Part shown: positions 1 to 13,399 of the stretch, in pieces
Layout of the letters: each line of letters opens with the position of its first letter
Position numbering within the stretch: position 1 is the first letter of the stretch
Assembly (NCBI GenBank): GCA_051294905.1
Contig: CM119371.1
Span: forward strand, 33,234,001-33,298,000
Length of the DNA stretch: 64,000 nucleotides
Origin: Botryllus schlosseri
Taxonomy: Eukaryota
Direction: 5' to 3'
Notes under the pieces: generated by a model
What the model saw: the letters and a program-made list of their open reading frames with translations, nothing else
What the model was told of the DNA's origin: nothing
Databases searched by the model: none
Position numbers and translations under genes: made by a program

Positions 1-537
1 ACAACGTGTCAAGGACGAGTAATTTCCTAATTTAATGTCGTTTACACATACACCCTAGTTATCCCTACAGGGCCCAGCTATTTACATATAAAGTAGTTAG
101 TCACAAGTCTCACTTAGTCAAACCCTGCTATCGTCATGCACTATTATTGATAGTTTAAATCAATACGGTTAACACAAAACAAACAAATATATATTAATCA
201 TGTACCACTCTATTAAACGGTGACCCAAATATGTGTGTGAACAACAATACGCATACCAGTACATCACGCAATGATTCAATACGTAGTAATATGACCACAC
301 CCTCAGTCAACTACAAATGCAATTATGCAGCGACAACTTACTATTTATATAACAAATGTCCATTAACTCTTAACTATGTTCAGGGCATGAAAATGTTAGC
401 GCCATTTAAAGCAACCTGATAGAAATCATCAAGAACATAGTAATTATAGTATTTGAACATATTAAAGCGAACTAGCTTCACTACACAACTTTGTTTCCAG
501 TCCACTAGACAGAAATACGTTTGTCTTGCCTGCACCG

Positions 538-1350
538 TCAAGCTCCATACACTTTGATCTTTTGCGATATTTTCCCATTGCAGAATATGCAGCGCTCAGC
601 ATCGGACGAACATTCTTGACACAGACCCAGATGTCCACAGGGGATCAGGGTAATTTCACTCCTATTATTCTTGCATTGTTTGCAAAGTATGGTTTCTTGT
701 ATAACCATCAGATTCTCAGCAATTTCTTCAAGATATGCAATTTCTAATATTGATGGCGTCCCGATTCTGTTTCTAGCATAAACAGAGTTGCCCAGTCTAC
801 TCTTTGACTGTTGCGCAGTTTGTGTATTTGAATCGACTGGCACTATATCGAGTAGTATCAAAGGGTCTTGTACGACATCGTTCACAGGGAAATGAATATT
901 TGATCGTCTGCTGGTGGCTCGTTTCTGTGTGACTTCTGCTAAATCGTATGCTGTCCAACTGCATCTTCTTGGCATCTTCCTCTGACAATCTGGTTCGAGC
1001 GACGCGTATTTGCGTTCCTATTTCGGCGGCCGGTGAAGGTTTTTTTGCTCACTTTTCAGGCGTAGTCCATGTTTACACCGCAGCTGAAACACTTCACTCT
1101 ATCTTTGTATCCAGCCCAATAAAATCTCGCGGCCACCATATCAGTTGGCAAAACTGAAGCTTCTTTTGATATGGACGAAATGTCACCAATCTATAAAATT
1201 CAGCTCGGCGATTGCAAGGTGGAATATAGCTGCCGTTTTTTCCGGGAGAATCGCGATATCGTGGAGTGGTGATTCCATCTTCTTGTATAACTCGTTGTCC
1301 TCTCGGTACATTAGTGCTTGACGGAACAGGCTTTCGACAAAATCGTGCGG
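538..1350 (-). pseudogene. Intronless inhibitor-of-apoptosis (IAP/BIRC-like) pseudogene: truncated BIR plus C-terminal RING
   Basis: The minus strand reads RAEFYRLVTFRPYQK/(frameshift)/ASVLPTDMVAARFYWAGYKDRVKCFSCGVNMDYA* (~1205-1055), the N-terminal two-thirds of a BIR. ORF 538..975 ends in CKQC..PCGHLGLCQEC..RCIFCNGKISQKIKVY, an IAP-type C3HC4 RING. The BIR His/Cys ligands are missing and frameshifts are present. Confidence 0.85.
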
Positions 1351-1914
1351 AATGAATTAATATGTCCCGTCATCGATTCATACGATAGCTTAACTACACG
1401 GGTGTGTAGAATATCTTGATATCGTATTTAATCTGTCTTATAATTTCGAAAATGAGAATGACACTTGTACTTCATGACGAAATTTATGCGTACGTCTATA
1501 ACTCGTTAAAATAACATTGTCCCAACTCTTGTACATATATCGATATAACAAACGGTTGACGCACCCGCTTCGTAAAACGCATGTGTCGACATCAGGGTGG
1601 ACCTATGACTAACGTGGTTCTTGATCATCGACACATCTGTTTCGGAAAGCAAATGTGTGGATGGGGCCAATTTATTTGCCATTTTCAAGTTCATATTATT
1701 TGTAGTACACTTTCCTATGTGTTCTAGGGTCTTTTCTAACCTAATTAACATACTATTTTATTCCGATTATATATACATCACAATTACTACACATATAGGC
1801 TATCATATATATCTATTTATTCAGGTTATATATGATTTCTTCATTAAACATAGTTTAATTAAACCTGAAAGGGATGCCAAATCATTGAGTGTACCCTAAG
1901 ACTTTATCAGTCAG

Positions 1915-2532
1915 CCCTATCAATTTAGTTTTCAAGGCTTCTCTCAAAAATCTAGCATTTTCAGTCCTGTGTCTATTAATTCAGTCTTCCAGGCTTCTCT
2001 GGATAATCTAGCATTTCCAGTCCTGTGCCTATTAATTTAGTCTTCCAGGCTTCTCTGGATAATCTAGCATGTCCAGTCCTGTGCCTATTAATTTAGTCTT
2101 CCAGGCTTCTCTGGATAATCTAGCATTTCCAGTCCTGTGCCTATTAATTTAGTTTCCCAGGCTTCTCTGGTTAATCTAGCATTTCCAGTCCTGTGCCTAT
2201 TAATTTAGTTTTCCAGGCTTCTCTGGTTAATCTAGCGTTTCCAGTCCTGTGCCTATTAATTTAGTTTTCCAGGCTTCTCTGGTTAATCTAGCGTTTCCAG
2301 TCCTGTGCCTATTAATTTAGTCTTCCAGGCTTCTCTGGATAATCTAGCATTTCCAGTCCTGTGCCTATTAATTTAGTTTTCCAGGCTTCTCTGGTTAATC
2401 TAGCATTTCCAGTCCTGTGCCTATTAATTTAGTCTTCCGGGCTTCTCTGGATAATCTATCATTTCCAGTCCTGTGCCTATAAATTTAGTCTTCCAGGCTT
2501 CTCTGGATAATCTATCATTTCCAGTCCTGTGC
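1915..2532. repeat. 56-bp tandem repeat, about 11 copies
   Basis: Unit TTTCCAGTCCTGTGCCTATTAATTTAGTCTTCCAGGCTTCTCTGGATAATCTAGCA recurs every 56 nt (CCAGTCCTG at 2017, 2073, 2129 ... 2521). There are no spacers, and the first copies are more diverged. Confidence 0.95.
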
Positions 2533-3857
2533 TGTCACCAGTGGCGAAGTCATATCATTGTTTCCAATGGCGGAGCTTAAATTAGACTCATCGGCCAATG
2601 TCACACAGATACTCTGATACTCCTGATAACGTATGTGTCATCATCAGGAATCTCAGTGATCTCAGCGATTTCAGTCCTTGATCGAGAGACATATATTTTT
2701 GTGGTACCCAGACTGAGTGCTCGATCTCGAATTCCCTGCAGCGTAATCGTGGACACATGTTATCACTACTAATATTTCATAATTGGTGTAAATTAATCAT
2801 AAATTTGTACACGAAAAGTTTTCAGGTCACATGATTCACGTCGGGGTCTGAATCGATTCCGAACCCAAATCCAATCCCAAGTCCGACTCCAACTTCATAT
2901 CCTATCTAAGTTATGTTAGATAACAATTTGTTAACCCATAGGGTCATTTTATCATAATATATTCGTTTTATATATTACTATATTTATACATGGCAAATTT
3001 CCTTATTGTATGTTTTATCCGCCGCAAGTGTTTAATTTTTTTCAAATTCTTTTATCAATTTTTTTCGTGGGTGCTTATATATACATACTGTAACACTTAT
3101 ACTTTATATACATTGTTTTGCGACGATATATTTGTCCCTCCTTCCTTCCTATCGTGGTTGAAATGCAGCGTCTACTCGCGTAACCATGGGTGTCAAAAAG
3201 TGAGATTTCATCACAACCTACTTCGTATATACCTCATTACTACATTACCAACCCCATAGGGTAGGGACAAACGTACGACTCACACAAATATATACCTTAT
3301 ATACATAATTACAATTTCACATCACTTTGCGGTTGGATGCTGTCCAACAAGGTAAGAATTCATTTTCATAGGTGATTCTTAAGATGTTCTACGGTTTTAA
3401 TGAAAAAGGGTTACTATTGGGTCGCGCAATAGACGGTTCCGCTGGCCGACACCAGGCACTACCCCCAAGCAGCGAACACCGTAATATCGGCTCTATGCCC
3501 AAGCTCAAAAAAATATATTTATACAATAAAAAGAAATGCTTCAAAAAAACTTCATCATATCGAACAAGTTTCCATAGATAAATGAACAAATAAAGAAATA
3601 AAGTATTTTTCAAAGATGATTACCATACCTTTTTATAATAAACACACGGTGGTTCTCTTACAACATAGGTGGTCATTGTTTGGAGTTGGTCTTCACATCC
3701 GTTTACTTCTACTGGTAATTATTCATAGTGGGTCTAGAAAATAGTTGATAAATGCCCCCATTTCGGTTCTCATCTCTCTCTCTCTCACACACACGCACTC
3801 AATATTATCTTAGTGGAAGGTTTTCAACCAAAACAGTCACTATCTATTATTTGTACA

Positions 3858-6100
3858 TGTCATGTCTTCAAAAATGGCCTCACGTAATTGAACTATACTC
3901 AGCCAAGTTAGATTTAGCCCTAATACCTATATGCCTACAACTCAGAAGGCCACTAGGACTCAACAAAGTACTCTGGTGATTTCAAAACTCGTAATACTTG
4001 AAGATCCAGACCTCATTGCTTTAGTTTTTGGAGTTTGGGCCCATACTATTGAGTGATTTATGATCTACCATTGAAATGAACTGACTACCAATCAGAACGA
4101 AACAAAAATACTCAGCAATTAGCAAAATTATCCAGTTATCTGCAATCTTTCGTCAGTTCTAAATATTGTTAAGCATATTTTTAGCTTAAATGCAAAGACG
4201 TGTAATTTATGACCATCGGTGGAACATCATATGCTTAAAATATTGTTTTTCCACTGTCAAAGGCTCAGTAATCTGCATGAGCATAATCTTATCATAACAA
4301 ATATCGTGAAGTGTACTCTGTATCGCCATTATTGCTGTATTGTCTGCTACCTAGTCCAGACTGAGTTCAAATAAAATACTCTCTCCCCCCCTCGAAAACA
4401 CAGAGCCTGAGCAAACGTTGGCAGAAATACCTTCTGCAAATAGGTAACTTCACCAGTAACACTGAATAATTTACTAAAAATGAGATGAGCCCACCTTATT
4501 GTTTAGAATTTAAGACCTAATCTGCAAATTACTCTTATAATAGTGCAGAAAACTGACAAGGCAGTTGTCAACAGGCTACAGCATGCTGATCAGAAGGGTT
4601 ATAAATTGTTGATGAGTGGGAGTTTGTCAATACATTTTCTTTTTAAGCCTATACCGGTCTTGTTCCGGTTTAATCCAGATAGATACCACAGTATGGACGT
4701 CTATTCAGCTTGAACTTGCATCTACTGGCATTAAGGCAAAGAAAATGGCTCTATATTTACCAATTAGGAGTGAGTTTCAACGCAGCTGAAAAAAAGTGGC
4801 CGGACTTGATTTTCGAAACCTCACGCCGGTAAGTCAGGGTTGGTGATACCATTGATAATATATAAACCCCGGTATTGGTATGACGCAATCAATCACCGTG
4901 ACTCAGTTTCAGCGAAAATTTAACCTTCCTCAGTAATTAATCAATGCTTAATGGTATATAACTTCGTGACGTTGCAGATTTTCAAACAGCCGGGATTGCC
5001 AAGTGGTTATATTGGCCAAAGTTTACCGAGTGTGTGATACCAGCATGGATCACTGTTGCTGAGACGTTGTTTGGATTCGGCTGAATCCTTATGAATGTCT
5101 ATTTGAATGGCAAAAGAAGAATTCAGGTAAATTTCAACCTCACAGTCTCTATAGTGGCTTAACTATTTGGAATCGTTCTGTGGTAGATGCCTTAAAACTT
5201 ATACATCTGTCTGGTATACTGGCCTCGGCAATTTCAATTAATGTACCAATGATGTGGATGCGTTAATACCACAAGGTCAGATAAAGATACATGTACTTAA
5301 TCAAGATTTTACATGACGTAACAGGCAATTAACTTAGTAGCGGCCACTTTTGAAATTGCGAGATGCATCATTAGACTAATGCAAAAATGACAGATAACGT
5401 TACACAGTTTCGATCGACGAAAATTTATTCAAGAAATCACTGATGACTATTTTATGCAATTTTACTTGTGCAATTTTTTATTAAAATGGCGTAGTGCTAT
5501 ACCTAATCTTATGCCAACACTATACCTAACTATCGAGAAACACTAGAAATTGTTCCGCTACGGAACCCCCTTGGGTGTTTCTTCCCCATCGGATCTAGCA
5601 TCTGAGTCATTGTAATTTTGGACAACCACAACCTTCTATGCTCTGTGCCACCTGTAAACCAATCGGTGTCTATTAACCTTTAATTGGTTACCTAAAATAG
5701 GGCATGTAAATTTATCATTGAGGCGTTGGCAAGACCGCAGTGCAGAACCACCCGTTTTGAAACTTGCTTTGACGGGAAGAAGCATCGAAGTATTACATCT
5801 ATTCAAACTTTGTACAACTTTTACCAGCAGTTAGAAATAGCTATTCTTATCGCGATACAAAATACTGTTTATCATTCTTGAGAAATAGCTAGGTTGGCTA
5901 ACCCCGTTACGGTGATCATACCGGCTCACTGATCATTGCTTACTAATAAGATTAGGTTTGGTGCCTTGGAATAGAGCTACACCGGTAATAAAAGATTATT
6001 TAGTGAACCTGTAATTCTGCCATAGCTAATAGTGTCGTTCATTGAACAGTAAACACATTTAGTATTGTCTATGATTCAACATTCATAGGTATAGCGACCC
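3858..6100 (+). pseudogene. Decayed intronless coding region, product unknown
   Basis: Long protein-like segments between scattered stops and frameshifts, e.g. VVWIRLNPYECLFEWQKKNSGKFQPHSLYSGLTIWNRSVVDALKLIHLSG (~5065-5260) and RACKFIIEALARPQCRTTRFETCFDGKKHRSITSIQTLYNFYQQLEIAIL (~5700-5875). It ends at an AT-rich spacer with AATAAA (~6140-6200). Confidence 0.35.
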
Positions 6101-6229
6101 GCTGGACCCGTGTGAATTTTTCAAAATGAATTACTAGAACGAGAATTAAAATCAAATATCAATCAATATTAATATTAAAATAAAATAGTAAATTCAATCA
6201 ATTATAGTTTCGCTATCGCGATGATTAAT

Positions 6230-8770
6230 ACACCTACAAGATGGTGCTTTTTCTTTAGACCGGTCAGTTCCCTAAATGTCACACGGATATTCTAAATCTG
6301 GATCTGGAGCATGTCTCGCGGTGGGCATGTCTAGCAATCTTGATGTAAACATAACTCAGAACATAGCAGCCGCCAGCATTACGCATGAGGCAACTTGTAC
6401 TCCATCAGTACCCCGCACTACACACCGACTTCAATGCTGCCAGTCAAATCACTACTTCTGCTAAAGGTTTGTTTTATCCTTCACGATAAGCCACGTATAG
6501 CCAGTTTCAGACACAATATATAGTGCCCAATGGTCATCCTGCCACCGTATCGTAGTCGAAATCAGGATTGTATTACTTTTATACTGCATGACTACATGCC
6601 GTATATCATAATGAGTTAGTGTTTGCCTATATGGAATTATACAAGTACATTTTATTTTGCAACTTACAACACGAGCCATATACATACGTCAGACTTTATA
6701 GCCTCAGAAGACAGTAATTTCAGTCATAATAAGCTACTTTCCCAAGTTCACAGTGGTCTTGTCATCACAGATTTTCATGGTCAGAGGATTATGGCCATAG
6801 CATCTAATGTTGAGTAGGGCCATGTGAGAATAATGCCTGTCGTAATTGAACAATGAACATGCATGTGCGTAATGCCCACAATCTATTTGGCACAGATATC
6901 GTAAGCTGCCTTTCAGCTATGGCAAAAAAATTTGAATTAGTTTCTATCGGAAGCAGATGGGTTTCAATGCTCCAATGTGAAAAAAGGAACAAATTTGTGA
7001 AATTTTCAATGAATATATTACCAATAAATACAGGCATTTTCTAATAATTAAACGTCATCTTAGCTCTATCATAAATAATAATTATGCCACTCTATCAGAA
7101 ACCCAATAAAATGGTCAAGCAGTGTGAAATTCGACTTTGTTACGTAGAATGACAGCTTCGACTAGAAACAATACCCAGTTATCATATGCACTAGTCTGCT
7201 TCTTCAATTATTTGCTGACAATTGACACTATCTCAGACCTTCACTGATTTAAGTATTAGGTATGCTCAATCCAACCCCTCTAACAGAGCCCACGGCTGAA
7301 CAGTGTTACATAAAACGGAAACATAAATCAAATCAGTTAACATCCTGCTTGGACAAACTCATAAATTTAATCCACAAGGGGTCAGTATTCATCAACATCT
7401 GTCGCATCAATACAGATCCCCAGTGTAACAGCTAAAATTGTATCGAGAATATGATTCTTACACAAAAAAGGCAAATATTATAATGGATTATCATTGCAAT
7501 TTTGTTTGACTTATACTGCTCTCTTCAGGTAACAGTCCAGAAATGCAATGCCACTTTAATAATAGCAGGAAATATAATTTCAGAGTAAGTGCTAAGTAAA
7601 TTATTATCATCTGTGGAGGTATCAACTGTAACGAACTTGTTATAGGTTCCTTTCTTTATTATGAAAATTGCGCTCCCAAAGCACATTAACCAGCTATCAT
7701 GAAATGGTTTAAATACTATCAATACAGTGTCCGAACGCAGAGCACTGATAACCTTGCTACTATGTATGCTTGGCTAAAAAAATTCTATGCATTCAGTGCT
7801 ACCTGCAACCGTAGTTATTGGGAAACACTTACAACTCTCAGACCCCCGTAAAACACTACCTGTCCAACGCATAGACATTATCGAAGGCTACCGGAAAACT
7901 TGCTGGATAAAGAAACACCATTGAACCTGTGATTTCACCCTAGACTACGCTTCATGAGCTGATTACTCCGGCATTTACCCTAGATAACCCCTATAATCAG
8001 ACATTGATTTCCAGGTGCTACTATTGACATGTGGGTTTCACAGAAAATATATCCTGGACTTTGCCAGCCAATAAGCATTTAAAGCAATTCGCCCTGCGCA
8101 CATGAAAACTTAATCGAACACCCAATGGCGAAAAGCGTCTAATTTTAATACTCGGCCCAAATCACCAAAATTAATGCTAAATTCAGATTGAGTACTGGAA
8201 TCGCTGTGCCCATAGCTCCAAAGATTAATCCCCATATGATTGGGCCAGCATTTTAGTTGAAAGGGTATCACTGATATTTCAACCATTCATTTTTTCACTA
8301 GGTATCTCAGAATGGGACAGAACTTCTGCTGGGTCAACATCTTCAGATGGACGCGACCCCAATCTAAGAATTAAAAGAACCCTTGATTTCAACACTGATG
8401 AAAATTTTGGACCACCAATGGGCTTTGTGAGGAAAATCAAACCGTCCAGAGGACTATCACGCACTCTTGCGCACTCCACCTTTTAACCAAAACTAGCAGT
8501 TAAGACGGGGCCGGTGAATACCTGACACATCATGTGCCCAATTCATATGATTCAATTCATGTAGTTGGGTATCCGGGCTTTGTACTTGACACTGTGTAAA
8601 AACTCTTCTGGGCAAACTATTTAGTTTTGCTGGAATACTGTTCGCGCCAAGACATGGACTTTTATTAGTGATCTGATAACACTTCAAAGTTTTAACAGCA
8701 GGGTTAATATCTTAATGTCAGATCTTTTTCATCACATTTGAGCTGTACTATCTCCATGCCCATGCCCATT
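6230..8770 (-). pseudogene. Decayed intronless coding region, product unknown
   Basis: Chain of minus-strand ORF fragments (8493-8687, 8279-8479, 7525-7722, 6804-7037, 6461-6685) linked through stops and frameshifts, convergent on the + region. No splice pattern is seen. Confidence 0.35.
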
Positions 8771-8829
8771 TATGACTGATAACTAGGTCCTGTACCGATA
8801 AAAAAAAAATTCTCCTAATAATTATATTT

Positions 8830-11450
8830 ATTTTCATGTTTGCCATATCCAAAAATTCCTTATATCATCTATGGGTGTGTAAATTTGCAATATCTCTTCT
8901 ATAGTACGTTCGGTAAAAGTAATAATTTGCCATAAGCCGAAGGGTTTGAGGACCCCTGGTGTTTGTGTCAGCTGATGCCCTTATAGGCTAATCGTCTGTT
9001 GAACAGAGTAGACAGTACACGAAGAACGTTGTAAGCTCATCAAGGGCTCAAATACTTCACTATTAGGGTTATACTGTATACAGGTCGTGAATTTGTCTTA
9101 GTCTATTGTCGGATAAGTTCGTCAAACATAGGCCTCAAATAGAGTAGGGGAGGTCGACTCCTCCAGTAGGTGGCGATGCCCAAATCGGTTCCTTGATCGC
9201 TTACTGATCCGCACATACAAGGAATAAATGTATATGATACAATTTTTAGGTTTATGGCCTAGTAGCCGACATCCCACTCGCTACAGTTAGCCTACTTCAA
9301 TATAGTTGTTGCCAGCTTGCATTGATTTAGTGATACACAAAAAGCACCTTACAATCACTGCCACGGCCCGATCCACAACGAACGATATGACGTAGCTCTT
9401 CTTACTCTGGTGGTCCTGCTGACATATCGGTTCATGCGAGGACGATGGCAAACAGAAGGCATTTGGCAATGTTGTTGTAAAGTTTGCTCTTGGGGTAGCA
9501 AAAATACACCAGCCGTTCAGACTACCCATTTAGTCCTTGTTTTGGATTTCTGAAAATTTAACAATTCTAGTTGTGCGGAGCACAAGTCTGTGTGACGTAG
9601 TGAAAGATAAAGGTAAACTGTGGCTGTGAGCCACACTTATATCATGCAAGGCCGGAATCTGCTTACGGGGCGTTCAGAATTCAATAGTGGACCGTATGTT
9701 GCCCGTCCATGATATATACTAAATTATCGCCCATTTTACTGCTAAAACGAGTTAGCTTTTGGCGCCAGATCATAAACGTTGCTTTGTCCGTGTAAGTGAT
9801 GCCCTGAGTAGAAGTCGGTCGCGATATATATTGGTATATTATACGCGGGTATGTTGTCGGGCCTTTATCATAGACATTCGTGGACCCTAGACAGTGACAA
9901 GTTCCGTAGCGGAGGGAGATTATTAGAGATATCCTTTCGGTGTTATCGTCTGTGGCGGAAAAGCCCCGGCCTACTTGAGAAATATTTTGTCAAGTGCTAA
10001 AGCCTGTGTACTCCAATAATCATCACGTAAGTGGTGTAAAAATAAAACCCAATTGGTCATAAACGCCTTCACCAATTATATTAAAGAGGGAGTGATGCTT
10101 ATTCCAAACCACACACAAGGTAGGTGGAGTTCCCACTGTGCAGGGCCCCACTTTCTATTTCTTAGCTAGACTATTCCCAATGTAAGATTTAGATGGTAGC
10201 TATACCCCATTTCCGTATTCGCAATATCCATCAATGATATACTATATACATCAAAGGCCCCCCTTTCAACACGTCAGTATACATAAGTACCCTTTACCTA
10301 CATTTTAGTTTTCTGAGTCCGATTCTAATGTCGGGCATAGCCTCCCCCTAACTTCATATTAGCCTTGTATTGCTATCTCGACTTCCCTCCTTCTTCCGTA
10401 GATACCCAAGTGTTCTGATATTGACCATGCCAATGTTGGGGTTTATATACAGTTTTCATGGCGTGTAATAATCTATTATTCTACGATTTGTGTATGGGGG
10501 GAAGCTATTTTAGGGTATTTTTCGGGGTACACTGAATAATTAATCACTTACGGACAGCCGGCCAAGGACCATTAATGGATTTATGCCATAAAATCAGGTT
10601 ACATCAGAATTTTTTAACAGTTAGTGACGTCAAACAGCACTCTGAAAATGCTCTTAACAGGATTAATGTGGTTTTCCCACTGAGATGTCACTCTCTAATG
10701 GTTTTTCTTGACATTAAGTAACATTAAATCCCCTTAGCAGCCGTTAATGTTGTTTTTGCACTCTCCGAGTCTTAATGCACTTTGCGCAGTAGATACTGTG
10801 TGTTCGCCATTTTGTGGTCTTTATGCCCGTGACATTGCTGCACTGTCAGTCCGCAAATGGTCAGTCCCACAGAGTCTGCTACATCACTGCCATACGTATG
10901 ATCGATTTGCACAATGTGTGGCCTATTTTTCATATTCATCGCACTTTAGCGGCCCGGGGTGCTACAACCCAATTACTGAGACTATATGACTAGTATCGCA
11001 TCGTCAAGTAGCATGTACACGATGCTGCTGCAGTCGCGTTCTGGGTCAAAGTAGACCTAACACATCCATAAACAGTTCGCCGCAAACAGATTTGTAGTAT
11101 AATCCTGCTGCATCGGTATGATCGATCTTCTATCTTAATTGTCGACCGCCGTCGCTGAGTGCGCAATAAGTTGTTATAAGTTGCTTCAGTTACTGCTTGA
11201 TTTGAATTTCCCGATTACCGTGGTGCACAAGGCCATAAATTGCGATAAGCACCACTCATGATTGCAATGATAGTCATAATAATTATAATAACCATCATGA
11301 TGATCATAAACTTCCTTTTCTATTATACTATGAGTTGCGCACGATACATAACAAAGACAACGTTTTTTCAGCGAATATTAGAGCGATATCGGGCCCAGCT
11401 AAACACGTCATTAAGCGCGAAGTATCTCATCCCAGAGGTCTAACATGTCA
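8830..11450 (-). pseudogene. Decayed intronless coding region(s), product unknown
   Basis: Minus frames give protein-like runs, e.g. ORF 9287-9529 and KFTTCIQYNPNSEVFEPLMSLQRS..GHQLTQTPGVLKPFGLWQIITFTERTIEEILQIYTPIDDI (~9100-8860). An AT-rich spacer at ~8800-8840 separates it from the next frame. Confidence 0.3.
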
Positions 11451-13101
11451 CCTTGAAATCTGCGTTCTTGTACTGTTCGGGTAGGCCTATCTTACGAAAC
11501 GGGAGTGATACTGCGGAGCGGCCGCAGATATTGGAATTACATACCTTTGTGTAATTATTATGATCTTCTTACAAACTGCATATGACGGTTTCGTTTTGGC
11601 GGTGGATCGATTTGCCGACTTTTCTCCTATACAGGAGTGGAGCCGCTTTAGGATGTATATTGGCTTAAAATTTCCACGCTAGGCCAGAGGTAATCGTCTG
11701 GCGGACCGGTGAACTGGCGGGCCGGCAGGAATGTCGTCGCGTACCGGCGGTTGAGAACCACTGCCATATGCCATAGGGGATCAATTGTATAAGCGCGGGC
11801 TCCCAACTGGATGTTCCGTATACCCTAATGTGTACGAAGACTTTTAGAGGGTGTGCCATGCTCGCATCATATATGGTCTGACGACTAAGCAAGTTTACGC
11901 TTCGGGACGGACCTATACCAGATTCACGATGTTATAAAATGTTACATTTCAACTGTAACAAGCTTTTAATGCACATCCCCCATTCTGCTGCGGTAACTAA
12001 TTACCTCACCTAACAGATGTCAATGATCCTGGTCCCTTAGGAGTAGAGTATGGGGAAAAATACCATCTGTTCGGACCACGACATCTGTCCACCAATACCC
12101 TTGCGGAAACCGCAATGATGGCTCAGACATGGCTGAATTTTTGTATGACTAAATCAAAGACTATTAATTAAACAGGAAACCAGTTCACCTTGGAGCATGT
12201 TCATTAATATGCCAAGATTATGCTGTCCACGTACTGGGCACGCGTAATTAAGACTCAAAATAACGGCAATGTATTTGGCGAAGTTTGAGCAGCCTTGGAG
12301 TCACAAGAATTCACTCTTTCCATATAGATCAGTTTAAACCTTCTGGTTGTCATTGTAACATTACGCATTGTAAGAATGGTTTTCAATTTTAGAAGGGATA
12401 TGTTTCCAAATCGGTAATCAAGTGGATCAGTTCTCGTTCACAAACAATGTCATGATAAGCAATAAAAGCTGCGGTGGTTTGTAGTGGGCATGGAGCAGGT
12501 CTCAGAGCTCAATGAATATAATTTAGGTCGGCATTATGATAACAAATCATGCAGTGAATACATACCCGCGGCTGATGCGCACCTGCTACCGAAGCTTAGC
12601 AAAAGAGCAAGGCTACTTTACCAAGCCACACGGAGCTGGGGACGCAGCCCAATATTTAAGTATCCACTTCGCGACATGCGTTAACAATATAATTCTGTTT
12701 CCAATTTAGAGATGAAACTGCACGCCGCGGACCATAGTCTGGACTTTTGTTACGGCCCACCAACGTTTTTGCCGCTTTTGATTTGGCCCGCGATGGAAAA
12801 TAATTGCCCACACCCGGTCTAGCGTAAGGTTCTGGCTACTTTCTCGAGCCCCAATATATTATAGGTTTACGCGCAAACAACAGAACCTGCACACAATACG
12901 ACGTTTTGCCAGGGAAATATAGTTATTGCTTCCGCTAAAACAGTGGTTCCCAACCTGTGGTACGCGTACCACTAGTGGTACGCGAAGGTCCTCCAGGTGG
13001 TACGCGAGTTGATTCTTTTTTTTTTCGACCGAACGGAGTTACTAGTTCAGGTGAGGTTGATTTTGAGTTTTTTTGAAGCCGTCGCCTCACGCTATTCCCA
13101 T

Positions 13102-13286
13102 CAGCTGCTAATTTTCCCGTATACGTGGGAATGCGCGAGCAAGGATTTTCATCCCTGATGACTATCAAGTCGAAGAAACGAAACCGACTTGTTGCGCCCA
13201 TACATGACTTTCGATGCGCTGTAAGCAAACGTATACCACGCATCGACAAGCTAGTGGAAAATAAACAAATGCAGCCATCGCATTAA
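13102..13286 (+). pseudogene. hAT C-terminal dimerisation-domain remnant
   Basis: QLLIFPYTWEC/(frameshift)/EQGFSSLMTIKSKKRNRLVAPIHDFRCAVSKRIPRIDKLVENKQMQPSH*, the same pattern as the end of the transposase at 41470-41674. Confidence 0.85.
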
Positions 13287-13399
13287 ATAAATTGACTTTT
13301 GAATATGTGTTGTTATTTCATTATGTTGTTCTTCTTGTGACTGGTGGTGAAAAAAAAAATTCCATACATCCCATCAACCCTGAGTGATAAGGCCTAGTT

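Noticed and set aside
1915..2532. CRISPR-like array
   Set aside because: The units are contiguous and near-identical with no unique spacers, there are no cas genes, and the context is eukaryotic.
10661..10684. SGKTTLI Walker-A-like motif on the minus strand
   Set aside because: The upstream Gly of GxxxxGKT is absent, a stop lies two codons before it, and no Walker B is seen; it could be chance.
11258..11443. Hydrophobic ORF (MIAMIVIIIII..) as a membrane protein
   Set aside because: It arises from low-complexity ATA/ATC-rich sequence; the opposite strand reads at least as plausibly.
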